Notes under the pieces: model-generated
Databases searched by the model: none
Told to the model about the DNA's origin: nothing
Seen by the model: the letters and a program-made list of their open reading frames with translations, nothing else
In this document: positions 61,592 through 64,000 of the stretch, piece after piece
Numbering within the stretch: the stretch's first letter is position 1
Layout of the letters: every line of letters starts with the position of its first letter
Assembly: GCF_001936115.1 (NCBI RefSeq)
Contig: NZ_MPDM01000001.1
Span: 146,123-210,122 of the forward strand
Reading direction: 5' to 3'
DNA: 64,000 nucleotides
From: Boudabousia marimammalium
GTDB lineage: Bacteria; Actinomycetota; Actinomycetes; Actinomycetales; Actinomycetaceae
Position numbers and translations under genes: made by a program

Positions 61592-62590
61592 ATGAGATCA
61601 GCTACCCTTACTATCCCCTTGGACAGGAAAGCTCGGAGACTACTAAGGTATCGCTGGCATGGCCTTGTCTTCACTATGTCCCTGATAGTCACGTTCATTA
61701 CCGTTTTCTTTGCGGTAATGTTTGCCGGTTTACTCGCTTTCGTCCCTGAGTTAGAGGAAGTCTTCGATGGTGCAACTATCGCAGAGTTCCATAGATTTAT
61801 TTCGCTGGTGCTGATTTTTCCTTTCGGTTTAGGCTTTTTGCGTCTGTTGGATTCCGCGAAGTCGAAGTCTCGCGGACCCACGGTCAACCACAATCAGTTC
61901 CCCGCTGTGCTGGAAATTGTGCAGGATTTATCTAAGAAGGCCGGCTTGAAGACAGTTCCTACAGTTGTAGTGGTTTCTGGTTTGACTGGGCTTTCGAACT
62001 CTGTGCAGGGCAGCGGCGAGTCCGTCATCATGGTTCATTCTGATCTACTGGACTCTCCCCGCCCTAACGGTGATTTAGGAGCACTACGTTTCGCTATTGC
62101 TCGCGAGATTGGAAACTTGAGCGCGAATCATCAAAAGGTCTGGTATGAGATTGCTACTACCGTCACCCAGTCCGTACCCTACCTGCAGAATCTGCTGAAA
62201 TGGACTGAAACCTACACTGCGGACCGTTACGGTGCCGCTTTAGCCCCCGAGTATGCAGGTGACTACTTCGCGGTGGCCGGCGTTTCTAAAGATTGCTGGC
62301 TGGAATTCTATATCGCTGAAGTACTCCGTAGAGTCGGAAAAGAGAAACTGATTAACCTCCTAGCTGCTTGGACTAACCCAGTACCACCACTGACTTGGCG
62401 GATGCTGGCCCTAGCTGAGCTAGGTGTTTTCCGCGATGAAATCGTGAAACAACCTGAAATCAAAACCACAGACCTGAAACGTCATTACGGCAGACTATTC
62501 ATTAAGCCAAACCGAGTCTCCGAAACACACCTGACTGAACTAGTCACCGAAAGCGAAATGCAAGACTACTTAGAGCGCATCGCCGCTTAA
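61592..62590 (+). CDS. Hypothetical 2-TM membrane protein with a degenerate M48-peptidase-like region (low GC)
   Basis: It is a 333-aa ORF with a GAAAGG ribosome-binding site and about 48% GC. The region AIAREIGNLSANH…E…ADRYGA loosely resembles an HExxH…E…AD M48 layout without the canonical HExxH. Confidence 0.4.
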   Translation: MRSATLTIPLDRKARRLLRYRWHGLVFTMSLIVTFITVFFAVMFAGLLAFVPELEEVFDGATIAEFHRFISLVLIFPFGLGFLRLLDSAKSKSRGPTVNHNQFPAVLEIVQDLSKKAGLKTVPTVVVVSGLTGLSNSVQGSGESVIMVHSDLLDSPRPNGDLGALRFAIAREIGNLSANHQKVWYEIATTVTQSVPYLQNLLKWTETYTADRYGAALAPEYAGDYFAVAGVSKDCWLEFYIAEVLRRVGKEKLINLLAAWTNPVPPLTWRMLALAELGVFRDEIVKQPEIKTTDLKRHYGRLFIKPNRVSETHLTELVTESEMQDYLERIAA

Positions 62591-62617
62591 TCTTCACCGA
62601 CTATCCCGACTATCCCG

Positions 62618-62678
62618 AGCATCAATTGTGCACCTTATTGACAATTGTGCACCTTGCAACGTGCACAATTGTCAATAA
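62618..62678. repeat. Copy 2 of the ~60-bp palindromic repeat (TTATTGACAATTGTGCAC-CTTGCAAC-GTGCACAATTGTCAATAA, perfect 18-bp arms) preceded by an extra CAATTGTGCACC half-site
   Basis: Read from the sequence. Confidence 0.55.
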
Positions 62679-62856
62679 CGATCACAGTCGCGCACCACGA
62701 TCAACGATTAAGCCACTACACGGGCTACTAGTTGCCTGTAGTGCCAGCCAAACATCTTCCGTCCTGTGAGTGTTAAGAAACCGCTCCTAAACCCTCTAAC
62801 TCAGTGGTAATCCTACTCTGGTTCACCAAGGTTCATGGCTGACTTTTAAACGAAAA

Positions 62857-62888
62857 ATCCCGCTATCTCAACGATAACGGGATTTAAT
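62857..62888 (-). terminator. Hairpin plus U-tract terminator 3' of tRNA-Ala
   Basis: It has AAATCCCGCTATC/GATAACGGGATTT arms followed on the minus strand by TTTTCGTTT. Confidence 0.5.
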
Positions 62889-62891
62889 CCG

Positions 62892-62964
62892 TGGAGCCTA
62901 CGGGACTCGAACCCGTAACCCCCTGCTTGCAAAGCAGGTGCGCTACCAATTGCGCCAAGGCCCC
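62892..62964 (-). tRNA. tRNA-Ala (anticodon TGC)
   Basis: The cloverleaf was folded by hand. It has the G3:U70 identity pair, anticodon loop TTTGCAA and T-loop GGTTCGAGTCC. Confidence 0.85.
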
Positions 62965-62967
62965 TAT

Positions 62968-63099
62968 TTAGTTAGCTGAGCTAGTGACATCGTGCCAGAT
63001 TTCCCGGCGTAAGCCAAGATCACGAACCACGTTAATAGTCACCAACGCAAGCACAGTGGCAAACAAGGACAGGAACAAACTAACGAAAAACTTTTTCAT
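62968..63099 (-). CDS. Small 43-aa single-TM protein with a strong ribosome-binding site (GGAGGAAATCTGATG) between tRNA-Ile and tRNA-Ala
   Basis: It is not in the ORF track. It reads MKKFFVSLFLSLFATVLALVTINVVRDLGLRREIWHDVTSSAN. Confidence 0.35.
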   Translation of the reverse strand: MKKFFVSLFLSLFATVLALVTINVVRDLGLRREIWHDVTSSAN

Positions 63100-63126
63100 C
63101 AGATTTCCTCCTCATCATTGCTGCTG

Positions 63127-63200
63127 TGGGCCTAGCTGGACTCGAACCAGCGACCTCTTCCTTATCAGGGAAGCGCTCTAACCGACTGAGCTATAGGCCC
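63127..63200 (-). tRNA. tRNA-Ile (anticodon GAT)
   Basis: The cloverleaf was folded by hand. The anticodon loop is CTGATAA and the T-loop is GGTTCGAGTCC. Confidence 0.85.
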
Positions 63201-63341
63201 GCTTTACAATCGCAAACATGCAAGCAAGCTGCGTGTTAAGCACTCCGATAGTTTAACCTACGAAACAAAGCGCGGCAAAACGAAAGGGCGGGTGGTGATG
63301 CAGTCCACTATTACGAGCTACAGCAACCACCCTGCCAACGA

Positions 63342-63725
63342 TCATTCATCAATCAGATGAACCGAAATGCCACCCACCAATTTCACCAAAACATTGTAGA
63401 GCAAAGCACAAATCGTGGAAATCACCGTCATCAAAATCACGTTGATAACTGAAATAATCGCAGCCATCGACACGACCTTAGAGAACTGCAAATATTCCGC
63501 TACCGCAGCCATCTTTCCGGAGGCATCCACCTGGCCGATAATGTTTTCAATACCGGAGAAAACATGCATACCATTCAAAACGCCCCACATCAGTGCAACC
63601 GCCACAATCGTGGCAATACCGAAAGCCACTGACAGCAGGAACGACAAACGTAGCACCGACATAGGATCAACATGATCCACAGTCATCCGGTACCGGCGGG
63701 GAGCCGATTTAGTTGGCTCTGACAT
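63342..63725 (-). CDS. DUF3566 membrane protein (Rv0007-like C-terminal domain)
   Basis: It is a 2-TM protein at the conserved position between gyrA and the tRNA-Ile/tRNA-Ala pair. Confidence 0.65.
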   Translation of the reverse strand: MSEPTKSAPRRYRMTVDHVDPMSVLRLSFLLSVAFGIATIVAVALMWGVLNGMHVFSGIENIIGQVDASGKMAAVAEYLQFSKVVSMAAIISVINVILMTVISTICALLYNVLVKLVGGISVHLIDE

Positions 63726-63730
63726 GCGAA

Positions 63731-64000
63731 CTACTCCTTCTCAGCGGCATCACTGCCGGACTCATCAACTGAAGAGACTACTTCAGCTTCACCTGCGACC
63801 GATTCAACAGCGGCAGCCCCCTCGGCCTCCCCCTCGGACTGCTCATCCGAAGTAGACTCCAAGTCACGCTCCACGTTTCTAGTCACAGCTATAACTTTAT
63901 CGTCATTATCTAGGCGAACGAAAGTAACACCCTGAGTGGAACGACCAGTACGGCTCACATCCGTGACCGCAGCCCGGACAATCTTGCCGCCAGCCATAAT
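63731..64000 (-). CDS. gyrA: DNA gyrase subunit A, C-terminal end (truncated by window end)
   Basis: It has the last beta-pinwheel blade motifs and an acidic tail. Its position matches gyrA in the oriC region. Confidence 0.7.
   Translation of the reverse strand: MMAGGKIVRAAVTDVSRTGRSTQGVTFVRLDNDDKVIAVTRNVERDLESTSDEQSEGEAEGAAAVESVAGEAEVVSSVDESGSDAAEKE

Overview
This window is a high-GC (about 60%) actinobacterial chromosomal segment lying just upstream of the oriC-proximal gyrA. The gyrA C-terminus (minus strand), a DUF3566 membrane protein, tRNA-Ile and tRNA-Ala occupy the 3' end of the window. The core is conserved housekeeping synteny: dhaKLM; dnaB; a complete pyrB–pyrC–carA–carB–pyrK–pyrD–pyrF–pyrE operon; nrdHIE; sdaA; luxS–pfs; and the division/wall cluster fhaA–fhaB–pstP–rodA–pbpA–pknA–pknB, followed by a class E sortase, DUF881, crgA, ppiA, a rhomboid, yhhQ and tgt. 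Several low-GC or repeat-bounded accessory segments interrupt this backbone. (1) An AbiEi/DUF559 nuclease-like gene sits between ~66-bp terminal inverted repeats. (2) A ~4.5 kb low-GC island carries a hypothetical gene, a MacB/FtsX-type ABC exporter and a duplicated His-rich protein. (3) A tRNA-Leu(CAG), not in the ORF track, is followed by a low-GC islet of two hypothetical membrane proteins. (4) A low-GC gene bracketed by two copies of a ~60-bp palindromic repeat lies at the 3' end of tRNA-Ala. Other points of interest are an envelope thiol-redox operon (Met-rich thioredoxin lipoprotein, DipZ-like CcdA–Trx fusion and a two-component system), an apparent frameshift in the rhomboid gene, an over-representation of perfect DnaA boxes (TTATCCACA), and a candidate preQ1-type leader ahead of yhhQ–tgt. 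Most ORFs on the strand opposite long genes are GC-driven artefacts.
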